NCBI GenBank assembly: GCA_902533795.1
Contig: CACAND010000001.1
Coordinates: 238,844-302,843, forward strand
Length of the DNA: 64,000 nucleotides
Reading direction: 5' to 3'
Origin: an uncultured Candidatus Actinomarina sp.
GTDB taxonomy: Bacteria > Actinomycetota > Acidimicrobiia > Actinomarinales > Actinomarinaceae
Positions 35,834 through 45,461 of the stretch are shown piece after piece (the stretch's first letter is position 1; each line of letters opens with the position of its first letter). A program made the translations under genes and the position numbers. The notes under the pieces are model-generated. The model was not told where the DNA came from, searched no databases, and saw only the letters and a list, made by a program, of their open reading frames with translations.

Positions 35834-36949
35834 TTATTTAGATTCATTATTTTTTTTGTTTGTTAATCCAAACAGCGGTCGAAGAAATCTGAAATTTTTG
35901 ACAGCATGGTAAATTGTAAGACTTACGAAGCAGATTAAAAATAATATTAAAGGAAATTTTATTAAAAAGGGAATATTGAGATCTGAGAAAAGATACATAA
36001 TTCCCATTTGGACTGGCATGTGGACTATATAAACAGGAAATACCGCCTGTTTATAATATTGCAATTGAGAAGAATCTTTGTTTAAATATTTTGCTCCAAT
36101 CCCAAGTATTAAAAATATAAAATTAAATGATTCGAAAGCTATCAACGTATTTGCAACCTCAAACTCATTTACAAACCTGTTAATAAGAAGTGGTACACCA
36201 ATAAGTGCATGTGTGTTTATATTTTTTATGTTGTATTCCCAAAAAGTATCCCCTTGAGAGGTCAGAACTATTCCAATAAGAAACCATATGAAACCAAGTA
36301 ACAGGCCATGGTCTGTTCCATAGTATTCTGAATAACTATTGCCATAACCTATATCTTCTTTATAAGCTGTAAGATCTAAAAGGTATCCTTCTAAAATTAT
36401 TGGAATTGAAAATAAGAGAACTCCCCCTCGTATTTTCAAAATTGAATCAACAAATTTATATCCTCTTTTTTTGTTTGATATGAAACCAATTATTGGAATA
36501 AAAAGTAAACAATAAATTAATATATTTATCAAAAACCATAAATGTCCCCCAGTAAATATGGAAGTGATCAACACCCCTATGCTGTCATCTAAGCTCATGT
36601 CTCCATAAATGAATTGAGCAGAAATTATTATATATAAAGGAACAAATGTAACTGCTCCAAAAAGGTAAGGAATTCCTAATCTTTTAAATCTTTCTTTAAA
36701 AAGTTTGTCAACACCTCTATTTTGGTAGGAAAATCTTAGTGCAATGCCAGCAATTATAAAAAGTAGCGGGATCCTCCATATGTTGAATATGCTAAGCAAG
36801 CTCCATATATTATCTATTGGCTTATTGTTCGGAACAAAAAGAATCCACTTAGCTACAGATGTGAAAGATACAGCCAAATGATAAAAAATTAAGAGAAAAA
36901 GAGCAATAGATCTAAGTGCATCTATATCGTGTCTTCTTTCGTCGAACAT
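35834..36949 (-). CDS. Acyltransferase-3 family membrane O-acyltransferase
   Basis: 371 aa, about 10 TM. The N-terminal HDIDALRSIALFLLIFYH motif is typical of the family. Lies 22 nt downstream of the seven-gene operon. Confidence 0.6.
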   Translation of the reverse strand: MFDERRHDIDALRSIALFLLIFYHLAVSFTSVAKWILFVPNNKPIDNIWSLLSIFNIWRIPLLFIIAGIALRFSYQNRGVDKLFKERFKRLGIPYLFGAVTFVPLYIIISAQFIYGDMSLDDSIGVLITSIFTGGHLWFLINILIYCLLFIPIIGFISNKKRGYKFVDSILKIRGGVLLFSIPIILEGYLLDLTAYKEDIGYGNSYSEYYGTDHGLLLGFIWFLIGIVLTSQGDTFWEYNIKNINTHALIGVPLLINRFVNEFEVANTLIAFESFNFIFLILGIGAKYLNKDSSQLQYYKQAVFPVYIVHMPVQMGIMYLFSDLNIPFLIKFPLILFLICFVSLTIYHAVKNFRFLRPLFGLTNKKNNESK

Positions 36950-36971
36950 AGAATTGATTTTAAAAGACTAT

Positions 36972-37616
36972 TTAATTTATTGATTCACCGGACTTAAAGT
37001 CAACAAATTGCTTTATTGCGTAAGGATTTCCATAATAATCATCAAACCCATTCATCAATGGCATAAATTGTTCGTACACATTTCCATCAGCATTAAGTTT
37101 TTCGTCGAAATCATGCTTTGCGTCATGAGAAGTCCAAAATTCAAATAACACTAAATTGTTTTCATCAGATTTGAAAGCTCCGTAAGAGATAATACCTTCA
37201 TCCTCTTCAAGTTTTGGTATGTAGATTTCCTTTTGAAGATTCATGTACTCATCAGCATCTTTGACATCTAATTTTGCAAATGCTAAAAACATTGTCTCTT
37301 TTGAATCTTCAATTAATGAATCTTTCAAAGTCTTACCAGTAATCAATTCACCTTCATAGACTCTTGGAAAACTATCAAGAATATCTTGAATTTGCATTAA
37401 GTTTTCGTTTCTAATTTCTGCAAATTTATCTGCAGTCTCTTTGTCCTTCATGAATGCAATACCAAGATTTACATTATCTTTTGGGTTAAAGAATGCAATT
37501 GAATACATGTCATCTCTAAGAGCCTCTAAAGCCGGGAACCCTGAGGTTTCAAAAAAGTCTTTGAGCTCTTCAAGCTTCCCGTCTTTAAATAAAATGGTTA
37601 CTGCAACTGCATACAT
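36972..37616 (-). CDS. Tandem alpha/beta-barrel protein, family 'S' (copy 4)
   Basis: The ATG at 37616 overlaps the upstream stop (TAATG), giving 214 aa MYAVAVTILFKDGK.... Has the VLFEFWTSHDAKHDF motif and a C-terminal VDFKSGESIN like 8755..9390. Confidence 0.55.
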   Translation of the reverse strand: MYAVAVTILFKDGKLEELKDFFETSGFPALEALRDDMYSIAFFNPKDNVNLGIAFMKDKETADKFAEIRNENLMQIQDILDSFPRVYEGELITGKTLKDSLIEDSKETMFLAFAKLDVKDADEYMNLQKEIYIPKLEEDEGIISYGAFKSDENNLVLFEFWTSHDAKHDFDEKLNADGNVYEQFMPLMNGFDDYYGNPYAIKQFVDFKSGESIN

Positions 37617-38224
37617 TAGCTTGCGTAAGCTTTTGATATTGCAAAAAACCAAGCAGGCGTCAAAACTACTCCAAGAATTACATTTAATGGTATAAATGCT
37701 GCATCAGGAAATAATCCAGCAAGAAAAACTATAGTTACTAATCCAATTCCATAACCAACTGTATTTCCTACTGCTGGTCCCCAGGATGGCAAAATATCTT
37801 TTCCATATTTTGCAAATTGTATATTCCACGGTGCTATAAAAAGAAATACAGCAGGAGTTACGTAGAAAACAAAATCAGCAGCCATATCAGCTGTTAAAGT
37901 AGTTTCGTTAAATGCATTATGAACTGCAGAAGGAACAAGTGCAGTTACCACACCTACAGCAGAGACTGTGTAGGCTAACCCAATTGATCCTGTCAGTAAT
38001 GGTTTATCTTTATCGTCAAGAAGCTTTCCCGATAATCTAACAACTCCCATTCCAGCCATAAGCTGAAGGGCGCTAGATATTCCAATTATCGGTCCCCAAG
38101 TTTCATTGTAACCTGATGCATCTGGTCCTAATACAAATACTTGAATAAGAAAATTTGCAAGCAATAAAGTTAATGCTCCTAATGCAAATCTTCTACCAAG
38201 ATTTTTTTCTTCTGTTGTTATCAT
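37616..38224 (-). CDS. Polytopic membrane protein, family 'M1'
   Basis: 202 aa. Shares LG...A..L, GPD.SGY, LPSWG and the C-terminal pattern with 9439..10056 and 39599..40213. Confidence 0.55.
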   Translation of the reverse strand: MITTEEKNLGRRFALGALTLLLANFLIQVFVLGPDASGYNETWGPIIGISSALQLMAGMGVVRLSGKLLDDKDKPLLTGSIGLAYTVSAVGVVTALVPSAVHNAFNETTLTADMAADFVFYVTPAVFLFIAPWNIQFAKYGKDILPSWGPAVGNTVGYGIGLVTIVFLAGLFPDAAFIPLNVILGVVLTPAWFFAISKAYAS

Positions 38225-38226
38225 TA

Positions 38227-38880
38227 TTATTTACTCCATTCTGATAGTTTCCCCGCAGGGAAGCTAGCCATATTTCTCCAGATACTACATTCGCCAGTAA
38301 CGATTGTTGGGGGACTCTTAATGTAGTTTTGTGCATCAGCCATAATTTGTTGAAATGACTCTAACGACGCGTCAAGTGCTTCTTGGCTGTCCCAGTTACT
38401 TAAAGTAACGAACTTTCCTCCAACGTCAACTGCGAATGCACCAAGCAAACCTTCGGTTCCTTCATATCCTGCATAAACAGTATTTTGTAGCCAATCCATG
38501 CCCTCATCATATTTTTCTTCAATATATTCTGAACCATATCCAATTCGAACAACAAAAGATTGCCCTTCTCTATCGCCTTTCATAATATTTACATATTGCT
38601 GACCAGCAGTCATTGGTCCAAACGAAATCTCAGGTGGTCCCGTGACAAAGTCTTTTAAACCTCCAAGAGCTTCTGCTAATTGTTCACTTGATCCGTTCAT
38701 TGAATCTTCGCTCAACCAGGTTGACCAAGACATAAGCTGACCATCGCTATTTTCACACAATGCAACTTGCAATAATCCAGGTATTCCTATAAATTCGTCG
38801 ACTTTTTCTTCTGCGAAAGACATCGCATCATCCATTTTTCCTTCTTGAATAGGTACAAGTGTTAATCTAAAAAATAACAT
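38227..38880 (-). CDS. Tandem alpha/beta-barrel protein, family 'S' (copy 3)
   Basis: 217 aa. Has MLFFRLTLVPIQEGK..., LMSWSTWLSEDS and VTLSNWDSQEALDAS motifs. Confidence 0.55.
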   Translation of the reverse strand: MLFFRLTLVPIQEGKMDDAMSFAEEKVDEFIGIPGLLQVALCENSDGQLMSWSTWLSEDSMNGSSEQLAEALGGLKDFVTGPPEISFGPMTAGQQYVNIMKGDREGQSFVVRIGYGSEYIEEKYDEGMDWLQNTVYAGYEGTEGLLGAFAVDVGGKFVTLSNWDSQEALDASLESFQQIMADAQNYIKSPPTIVTGECSIWRNMASFPAGKLSEWSK

Positions 38881-38899
38881 TTATACTCCTTTCTTTTTT

Positions 38900-39541
38900 T
38901 TATAATTTTCCTACAGGAAAGTCAACATAATTTTTCCATACATTACACTCTCCGGTTAATTCTTGGGGTGCTTCTTTAATCAAATTTGCAACTGCGTCTT
39001 TTACAACTTCTGTAATCACACCAGATGCTGCATGTGCAGCGTCGTGATCAGTCCAGAAGTTAAAACTAAAGCCCGTGTCATTATCTACTTTGCAAGCAGC
39101 AGATGCATAAATTCCATTAACATTTTCATATGCTGGATAAACAGTGCTTGTCATAAAAGCGCCAGCATCATCATATGTTTTACCATCCTGCATGCCACCT
39201 CCCATGACAAATCTTGCGAAGAAAGAATCTCCTCCATCTTTTGGAACCATAATGTACTGTTGAGCTGCAATCATTGGTCCTTCGAGAATTGTTGGCGGCT
39301 CTGTTATTAAGTCTGCCAAACCTGAAAGGTTTTGTTGAAATTCATCCATTGCAGCTTCCTTCGCCTCATTGTTAGCCCACATAGTCCAAGCCATGAGTTG
39401 TCCCTCATTGTTTATACAAGCTCCAGCTGAAAGTATTCCACTTACCTGATCGTAAACTGGAATTGCTACATCTCTAAAATAATTTAAAGCATCTTCAGTC
39501 ATGCCTTCTTTAGGGTTTGCTAACCCAAGTCTTACATACAT
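38900..39541 (-). CDS. Tandem alpha/beta-barrel protein, family 'S' (copy 2)
   Basis: 213 aa. Has MYVRLGLANPKEG..., LMAWTMWANNEAKEAA and FSFNFWTDHDAAHAA motifs. AGGAG SD present. Confidence 0.55.
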   Translation of the reverse strand: MYVRLGLANPKEGMTEDALNYFRDVAIPVYDQVSGILSAGACINNEGQLMAWTMWANNEAKEAAMDEFQQNLSGLADLITEPPTILEGPMIAAQQYIMVPKDGGDSFFARFVMGGGMQDGKTYDDAGAFMTSTVYPAYENVNGIYASAACKVDNDTGFSFNFWTDHDAAHAASGVITEVVKDAVANLIKEAPQELTGECNVWKNYVDFPVGKL

Positions 39542-39598
39542 TTTTCTCCTAACGTAATTTTTGCATTAGTAAAGTATGTTACAAAGCCCTGTTTCTGT

Positions 39599-40213
39599 TT
39601 ACGCCTTTGAAAATGCTGAGGAAAATGAGAATATAAATGCTGGAAACAAAATTACTCCTCCTAATACAGCTATCAAAATAAAGGCTCCTTCTGGTAAAAG
39701 TCCAAATATACTTCCAAGAGAAAACACCAATATTAAAATAGAACCGCCCCAGCCAGAATAAACTCCATAGGTTGGAAGCTCACCATTATTAACTGTAAGT
39801 ACACAAATTACTGCTATTCCAGCTAATAAATTCCAACCCCATGCATTAATATTTTGTAGTATCTGTATTTGATCAACTGTAAAGAGTGTTCCATCGTTAT
39901 TAAAGTACCCAGTTGCGTTAAAGCTATTTACCATATTTATAGCTATTACTGCAAAAAAGGCTTGAATAACCACTCTAAAGTATGGTTTATCTTCAGCATT
40001 GAAGAGCTTTAGTGAGAATGCAAGTACAAACAAAAAAGAAAATGCTTGTGCGTAATTTAAAATTGCGACTATTCCTCCCGTTGCTGAATCAAAACCAGGA
40101 CTACCTGGATCACCCAATGCAACCTGCACTGCAAATGATAAAAAGATACATGCCGCAGAAACGCGAGCCATTAAGCTTCCTATTCTTTTTTCACTATCAG
40201 ATAATGTATTCAT
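39599..40213 (-). CDS. Polytopic membrane protein, family 'M1'
   Basis: 204 aa. IGSLMARVSA, EDKPYFRVV, LPTYG and LGGVILFP motifs match 9439..10056. Confidence 0.55.
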   Translation of the reverse strand: MNTLSDSEKRIGSLMARVSAACIFLSFAVQVALGDPGSPGFDSATGGIVAILNYAQAFSFLFVLAFSLKLFNAEDKPYFRVVIQAFFAVIAINMVNSFNATGYFNNDGTLFTVDQIQILQNINAWGWNLLAGIAVICVLTVNNGELPTYGVYSGWGGSILILVFSLGSIFGLLPEGAFILIAVLGGVILFPAFIFSFSSAFSKA

Positions 40214-40223
40214 TTTTTTCTTT

Positions 40224-40772
40224 CTATTCTCTATTTCTCCAAGCCAACAATGGCCCTACTCCCAAACCTAAGATAAATGTTATCCAAAGAACTAATTGAA
40301 GAGGCATTAGAGCTTCGGGTGCTTCATATCCAAAAAACACTCCAGCTCCTGAAAAAATGACTCCCATTAATCCTCCAACTAAAAGATTGTATCGGTAGAA
40401 ATTTCGAATAACTCCTTCTGAGACCGCAAATAAAGAAACCATACTAAAACAGATAATGAAAAAAAATGGACCAAATTCATTTCCATCAGCTCTATCTCCT
40501 ATTGTTAAACAACTACCAGCAAGAACTGCTGCGCCAAGAAAGGTTGTACCTTCTTTCCAGTTTTCCGGTACGTTATCTCCCAGTAAAGGCTTCATTGTCA
40601 GAAAAATACTTGCAACACTAAACCCCCATAAAAAATCTAATAATAATTCTCCAGGAGGAGACTCCATTCCCATGATACCCGAAGTTACAAACCCAAATAG
40701 ATTGACTATTAAGAATAAGTAACCTGCTTGCAATCCATTTTCTTTATCTGTTGATGTAAAAAATGTTTTCAC
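40224..40772 (-). CDS. Polytopic membrane protein, family 'M2'
   Basis: 182 aa. MKTFFT start, DNVPENWK, and C-terminal LGLGVGPLLAW. Paralog of 40790..41362. Confidence 0.5.
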   Translation of the reverse strand: MKTFFTSTDKENGLQAGYLFLIVNLFGFVTSGIMGMESPPGELLLDFLWGFSVASIFLTMKPLLGDNVPENWKEGTTFLGAAVLAGSCLTIGDRADGNEFGPFFFIICFSMVSLFAVSEGVIRNFYRYNLLVGGLMGVIFSGAGVFFGYEAPEALMPLQLVLWITFILGLGVGPLLAWRNRE

Positions 40773-40789
40773 AATTTTTTTCCTTTCTT

Positions 40790-41362
40790 CTATTCCGTGC
40801 CCAATGACATTTTGTCACCCCAAGCAACATAGCTACCAACGCCTAGTCCAATAATCATTGCAATCCACCCAATTCCAAATAATGGTTGAAATGACTCTGG
40901 TAGTGTATAGTCAAAGAACAGCTGTGCTCCTGAACCAATTAAAATAAATGTAAAAGCAAAAATGCTTAGATATTCATAAACTGGTCTAAACACTCCAGTA
41001 CCTCTAGTCGTGAGAGCGAAAGTTAACGTGTTAAATGCCCATAAAAAATACATTCCAGCAAATCCATTTTCTCTAAATTCTGGAAATGATATTTCAATTA
41101 GCGTCCCAAGAATTATCACAGCACCTAAAATACCTGTAGCCATTTTCCAATAATCGGGAACTTGATCTTCTATTAAATAATATCCTCCAAGAATTATTCC
41201 TAAAAGTGTAAATGCCCAAGCAAAGTTGAATATTCTATTGATCCCTTCTGGCCCCTCATATAGACCGAATCCATTACCAATAAGATATAAATTACAACCA
41301 ATAAATCCAATACAATTTTGTCTTGCCAGTTGCCCTACCGGCTGTGTAAAAAATTTTTTCAT
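40790..41362 (-). CDS. Polytopic membrane protein, family 'M2'
   Basis: 190 aa. MKKFFT start, DQVPDYWK, and C-terminal IGLGVGSYVAW. First gene of the operon, preceded by an AGGAAGG SD. Confidence 0.5.
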   Translation of the reverse strand: MKKFFTQPVGQLARQNCIGFIGCNLYLIGNGFGLYEGPEGINRIFNFAWAFTLLGIILGGYYLIEDQVPDYWKMATGILGAVIILGTLIEISFPEFRENGFAGMYFLWAFNTLTFALTTRGTGVFRPVYEYLSIFAFTFILIGSGAQLFFDYTLPESFQPLFGIGWIAMIIGLGVGSYVAWGDKMSLGTE

Positions 41363-41489
41363 AAAACTTCCTTCCTAAAGTTTTTTTTAAAACTAAAAAT
41401 ATGAGCTTCCCCCATACTCAATCCGAGTATATAAACAAAATAAAGAGCGTGTTGGTTATTTCTAAATTTTAAGTAGATTTAACAATTTG

Positions 41490-42782
41490 TTAATAATTTG
41501 AAATAGCGTCCGTAAGACTATCAATAAGTCTTTGAATATCACTAATATTTACGCTTTCATTAGGGGCATGAGCATTTCCTTCTTCATCACCGGCACCTAC
41601 TAAAACTATCTCAGAGTTAGGGAACTCGTTAATAAAAACATTTGCAAAAGGAATTGAACCTCCTACACCCATATATGCAACTTCATTTTCCCAGTGTTTA
41701 TTAAATGACTCTATTAGTTTTGAACTAAATTCATTTTTGGGATCAACTAATATTCCTTTTCCTTTTGCTTCAGGTATGAATTCAACATTTGCATTAAAAG
41801 GAGTGTTTTCTTTTATATGTTTTTCAAGCATATTCATTGCATGATCAGGATCTTCAGTTGGAGGAAGCCTTAAGCTAACTTTTGCTTTTGCTTTAGGAAT
41901 GAGTAAATTGACAGATTCAGCTACAGGAGGAGCATCAATGGCCAATATACTTAATGCGGGTTCCAACCATAATCTTTTTGAGTAACTATCCATTTCAAAC
42001 AAGTTAACACCAGTAGAAGAAAGTGAGCTTTTTACAAATTCATCAGTTAGTTCAAATACATCTTGTTCGGTTGGTGTAAGGCCTTCTATAAGTAATTCTC
42101 CTTTATCATTATGAAAAGAAGAAATGATTCGACTTAAAATCATAAATGCATCTGGAACAACTCCTCCACCTAATCCAGAATGTACAGGTTCCATTTGTTG
42201 ATCAACAACTATGACACCGTCAACTAGTCCTCTTAGGGATGTCGTTATCGTTGGAACGCCTGACTTAATATTTCCTGAATCTGCAATAACAATTACATCT
42301 GCTTCAAGATCTTCTCTGTTTTCTGCAATAAATTCAGTCATGTAAGGCGAACCTATTTCTTCCTCGCCTTCAATAAAAATTTTTAAATTCACCGGTTGGG
42401 TTTCAAGTAGATTTTTAACCACTTCATAATGTGTCACTACTCCCGCTTTGTTATCACCAGAACCTCTAGCAAATAATCTTCCATCGATAATCTCGGGCTT
42501 AAATGGATCTGTGTTCCATTTATTTATATCACCTACTGGTTGTACATCGTGATGGGCGTAAAGTAATACTGTTTTTTTTGAAGGGTCAATTTCAGTTTGG
42601 GCGAGGACAGCAGGTTTACTGTTTTTGCTAGATACAACTTTTGAAATTAATCCTAAATCATCAAAAAGATCTGAGATAAAATTTGCAGATTCAATTACAT
42701 CTTTTTGATTTTCTTCAATTGAACTAATCGAGGGTATTTTCACTAAATTTGACAATAATTCAACAATATTAAGGTCTTTCAT
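41490..42782 (-). CDS. M20-family metallopeptidase (dipeptidase/ArgE/DapE-like)
   Basis: 430 aa. Has LLYAHHDVQPVG, W.TDPF, ARGSGDNKAG and EGEEEIGS motifs. Confidence 0.8.
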   Translation of the reverse strand: MKDLNIVELLSNLVKIPSISSIEENQKDVIESANFISDLFDDLGLISKVVSSKNSKPAVLAQTEIDPSKKTVLLYAHHDVQPVGDINKWNTDPFKPEIIDGRLFARGSGDNKAGVVTHYEVVKNLLETQPVNLKIFIEGEEEIGSPYMTEFIAENREDLEADVIVIADSGNIKSGVPTITTSLRGLVDGVIVVDQQMEPVHSGLGGGVVPDAFMILSRIISSFHNDKGELLIEGLTPTEQDVFELTDEFVKSSLSSTGVNLFEMDSYSKRLWLEPALSILAIDAPPVAESVNLLIPKAKAKVSLRLPPTEDPDHAMNMLEKHIKENTPFNANVEFIPEAKGKGILVDPKNEFSSKLIESFNKHWENEVAYMGVGGSIPFANVFINEFPNSEIVLVGAGDEEGNAHAPNESVNISDIQRLIDSLTDAISNY

Positions 42783-42809
42783 ATCTAAATATTGTAAAAG
42801 GTATATAAA

Positions 42810-45461
42810 TTATTCGTAAGAAATAGCTTCTAAAATATTTTGTCTCGATGCTCTTATTGCTGGAATAATCGCTGCTATAACACCGGATAGTATGGCTATA
42901 CCAATCCAAAGAAGTGTCTGTCGGGTTGAAACTACAAATTCTGTAAAGCCCTGGTCTTCCAGAGCTTGAATTAAGCTCCAAGCAAAAAAGATCCCTAATA
43001 CAGTTCCAAGTAATGCACCAAAGATTGAGATAATCGAAGACTCTATAAACACCATATTTCTAATTTGTTTTCTAAGGGTTCCTATAGCCCTCATTAGTCC
43101 TATTTCTCTAGTTCTTTCATAAACAGACAGTGAAAGAGTATTTGTGATCCCAAAAAGTGCAACAAAAATTGAAATAGATAAGAATCCATAAATAACATTC
43201 AACAATAATTGAATTTGACTATTCGCCTCCTCAATTAAAGCATCTTGATCACGTAAAGTAACACCTGGATAGTGATCTACTATATCATCAAGTTTATTTT
43301 TAGTTGCTTCATCTTTATTTACGACATTAAAGTAGAGCTCTGTATCCAGTGATTCATTTGAGAAAAATTCATGATTTTCTAGAAGAAGAAAGAATTCAGC
43401 TGGAGGTTGGGTTGTCCAATCAAAAATATACTTTACTACGAATTCTTTTTTCCCGACTTCTGGAATTGTCAATGTCACTTTGTCGTTTAATGAGATATCA
43501 TCATTTTCAGCTTTAAAATTAAGAACTCCAATTGCATCTTGTTGATAAAAATCTTCTCTTGATCCAGCAATGTCCACAGTTTTAATTAGATCAAAAACCT
43601 CTTTATCAACAGCACCTAAAATTAATGGTCTATTGTTATATCCAACGACTGTTGCTCTAGTACGAGAAAGTTCTGTAACCTCGTCAAGAGCAATAAGTTC
43701 TTCTGATAGACCAGTTGGAATACCAGGTGATGCAAAAATTTGAGCTGCACTTACTTGATAATCAGCAAGAACAACTTCTTTGACAACTTTTTCTGCCTGC
43801 GCCTTAAATGAAGTGGTAAGAACATTTGCAAGAGAAATTAAGGTTAATCCAATCATTAATGCTGAAGCTGTTGAAGCTGTTCTTCTTGGAGTTCTTTTTG
43901 AATTTTCCGTTGCCAGCTTTCCGAGAATCCCAAATATGGATTTATATATTGAATCAAAGATAGACACAAAAGGTTTTGTAATAGATGGGGTGATGACAGA
44001 TATTCCAATAAAAATTACACTGGCACCTAAACCAACTTGTTGTAAAACAGATAAAGTTGGAAGTCTCAAGAAGGAATATAGGACTCCAAATAGAACCCCT
44101 AGACCAGTTAATGAAACTAAGGATCCAATGAGTAGTCTTATCAGGAGGGATTTTCTTTTAGGTGTAGATTGACTATCTCTTATCGCTTCAAGAGGACTAA
44201 CTTGAGATGCTTTTCTTGCTGGCAATAATGAAGAAAATATTGTAACAACAACGCCGATGACAATTCCAGTGATTGCAGCACTAGGGGTTAGTACTAAAGG
44301 GCCTTCTGGTAAGCCAAAGTCAAAATATTTTAGCCCCTCTTTAACAAGTACTGATAAACCAATTCCTAAAGCCACACCCAAGCCTGAACCAATCACTGCC
44401 ATATATAATGATTCAGAAACAACAAGTCTATAGATTTGTCGTTTCGAAGTACCAAGTGCTCTCAATAAAGAAAGTTCTTTAGTTCTTTGCAGCAGAAGAA
44501 TTCTGAAAGTATTTTGTATGATAAAGGCTCCAACAAATATTGCTATACCTGCAAAAACATTCAATATTGTATTGAAAAAATCTAAGCCTTGTTTAATTGA
44601 GTCTGCTTGTTCAGCTGCTGCTTCTTGAGCATTTATGACTTCCAAGCCTTGGTCGTCAATATTAGCTATAGCATTACGAACTGAATTTATATCAGCATTT
44701 TCGTCAACAACAACATTTATAAAATCAACTTCTCCGATTGAGTCCAGAAGAATTTGAGCTGTTCTAAAGTCAAAAAGAGCAAATGAAGCACCTCCTGGGG
44801 ATCCTGTATTAGCAAATTCTGCAATACCAACAATTGTAAATGTAGCTGGAATAGCTCCTGCAAGAACCGTAACTCTATCCCCAACACTAAAACCATTTCC
44901 TTCCGCAGTGGTTGAGTCCATGACTACTTCTTTATTGTTTGTAGGTGGCTGACCATCAATAATCTCCCACTGAGAGGCATAAGGGGATGTATCCCATGCT
45001 GCTCCAAAAGTAGGCGCAAAACCATTTTGTATTAATATAGTTTCTCTTTCACACTCTGGGTTGAAAGCATGGCAATCTTTTCTAGGCCCAAATTTTATAA
45101 ATTGAGCAAATCCCAAAACATCACCCCAAGCATCTTTTACGCCGTCAATACTCTTTATTTCATTTATTTTTTTGTCTGAAATCTTTCTAAATTCAAAAGA
45201 GATAGGACCTTGGCCACCATCATCCCCAAACCCTTCTGCGAAATCTTCTTGTACGGGTTGTACGACTAAATCAATTCCTTCAAATACTCCAGAAAATAAA
45301 TTATCAAAGGCGTTTTTGTTACTTTCAGAAAAAATATTTGCTGCGATGATTACGGAAACTCCAAGGATAATTGAAGAAGTTGTTAGGAAAATTCTTACTG
45401 GATAGGTCTTGAGGTTCTTCCAAGCTATTAGTAAAAGTGGTCTTTTAGTAAATCCAAACAT
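42810..45461 (-). CDS. ABC transporter permease with two FtsX domains (MacB/DevC-like)
   Basis: 883 aa with two TM bundles, each preceded by a large extracytoplasmic domain. Has repeated TKELSLLRALGTSKRQI / TREIGLMRAIGTLRKQI FtsX motifs. Confidence 0.8.
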   Translation of the reverse strand: MFGFTKRPLLLIAWKNLKTYPVRIFLTTSSIILGVSVIIAANIFSESNKNAFDNLFSGVFEGIDLVVQPVQEDFAEGFGDDGGQGPISFEFRKISDKKINEIKSIDGVKDAWGDVLGFAQFIKFGPRKDCHAFNPECERETILIQNGFAPTFGAAWDTSPYASQWEIIDGQPPTNNKEVVMDSTTAEGNGFSVGDRVTVLAGAIPATFTIVGIAEFANTGSPGGASFALFDFRTAQILLDSIGEVDFINVVVDENADINSVRNAIANIDDQGLEVINAQEAAAEQADSIKQGLDFFNTILNVFAGIAIFVGAFIIQNTFRILLLQRTKELSLLRALGTSKRQIYRLVVSESLYMAVIGSGLGVALGIGLSVLVKEGLKYFDFGLPEGPLVLTPSAAITGIVIGVVVTIFSSLLPARKASQVSPLEAIRDSQSTPKRKSLLIRLLIGSLVSLTGLGVLFGVLYSFLRLPTLSVLQQVGLGASVIFIGISVITPSITKPFVSIFDSIYKSIFGILGKLATENSKRTPRRTASTASALMIGLTLISLANVLTTSFKAQAEKVVKEVVLADYQVSAAQIFASPGIPTGLSEELIALDEVTELSRTRATVVGYNNRPLILGAVDKEVFDLIKTVDIAGSREDFYQQDAIGVLNFKAENDDISLNDKVTLTIPEVGKKEFVVKYIFDWTTQPPAEFFLLLENHEFFSNESLDTELYFNVVNKDEATKNKLDDIVDHYPGVTLRDQDALIEEANSQIQLLLNVIYGFLSISIFVALFGITNTLSLSVYERTREIGLMRAIGTLRKQIRNMVFIESSIISIFGALLGTVLGIFFAWSLIQALEDQGFTEFVVSTRQTLLWIGIAILSGVIAAIIPAIRASRQNILEAISYE

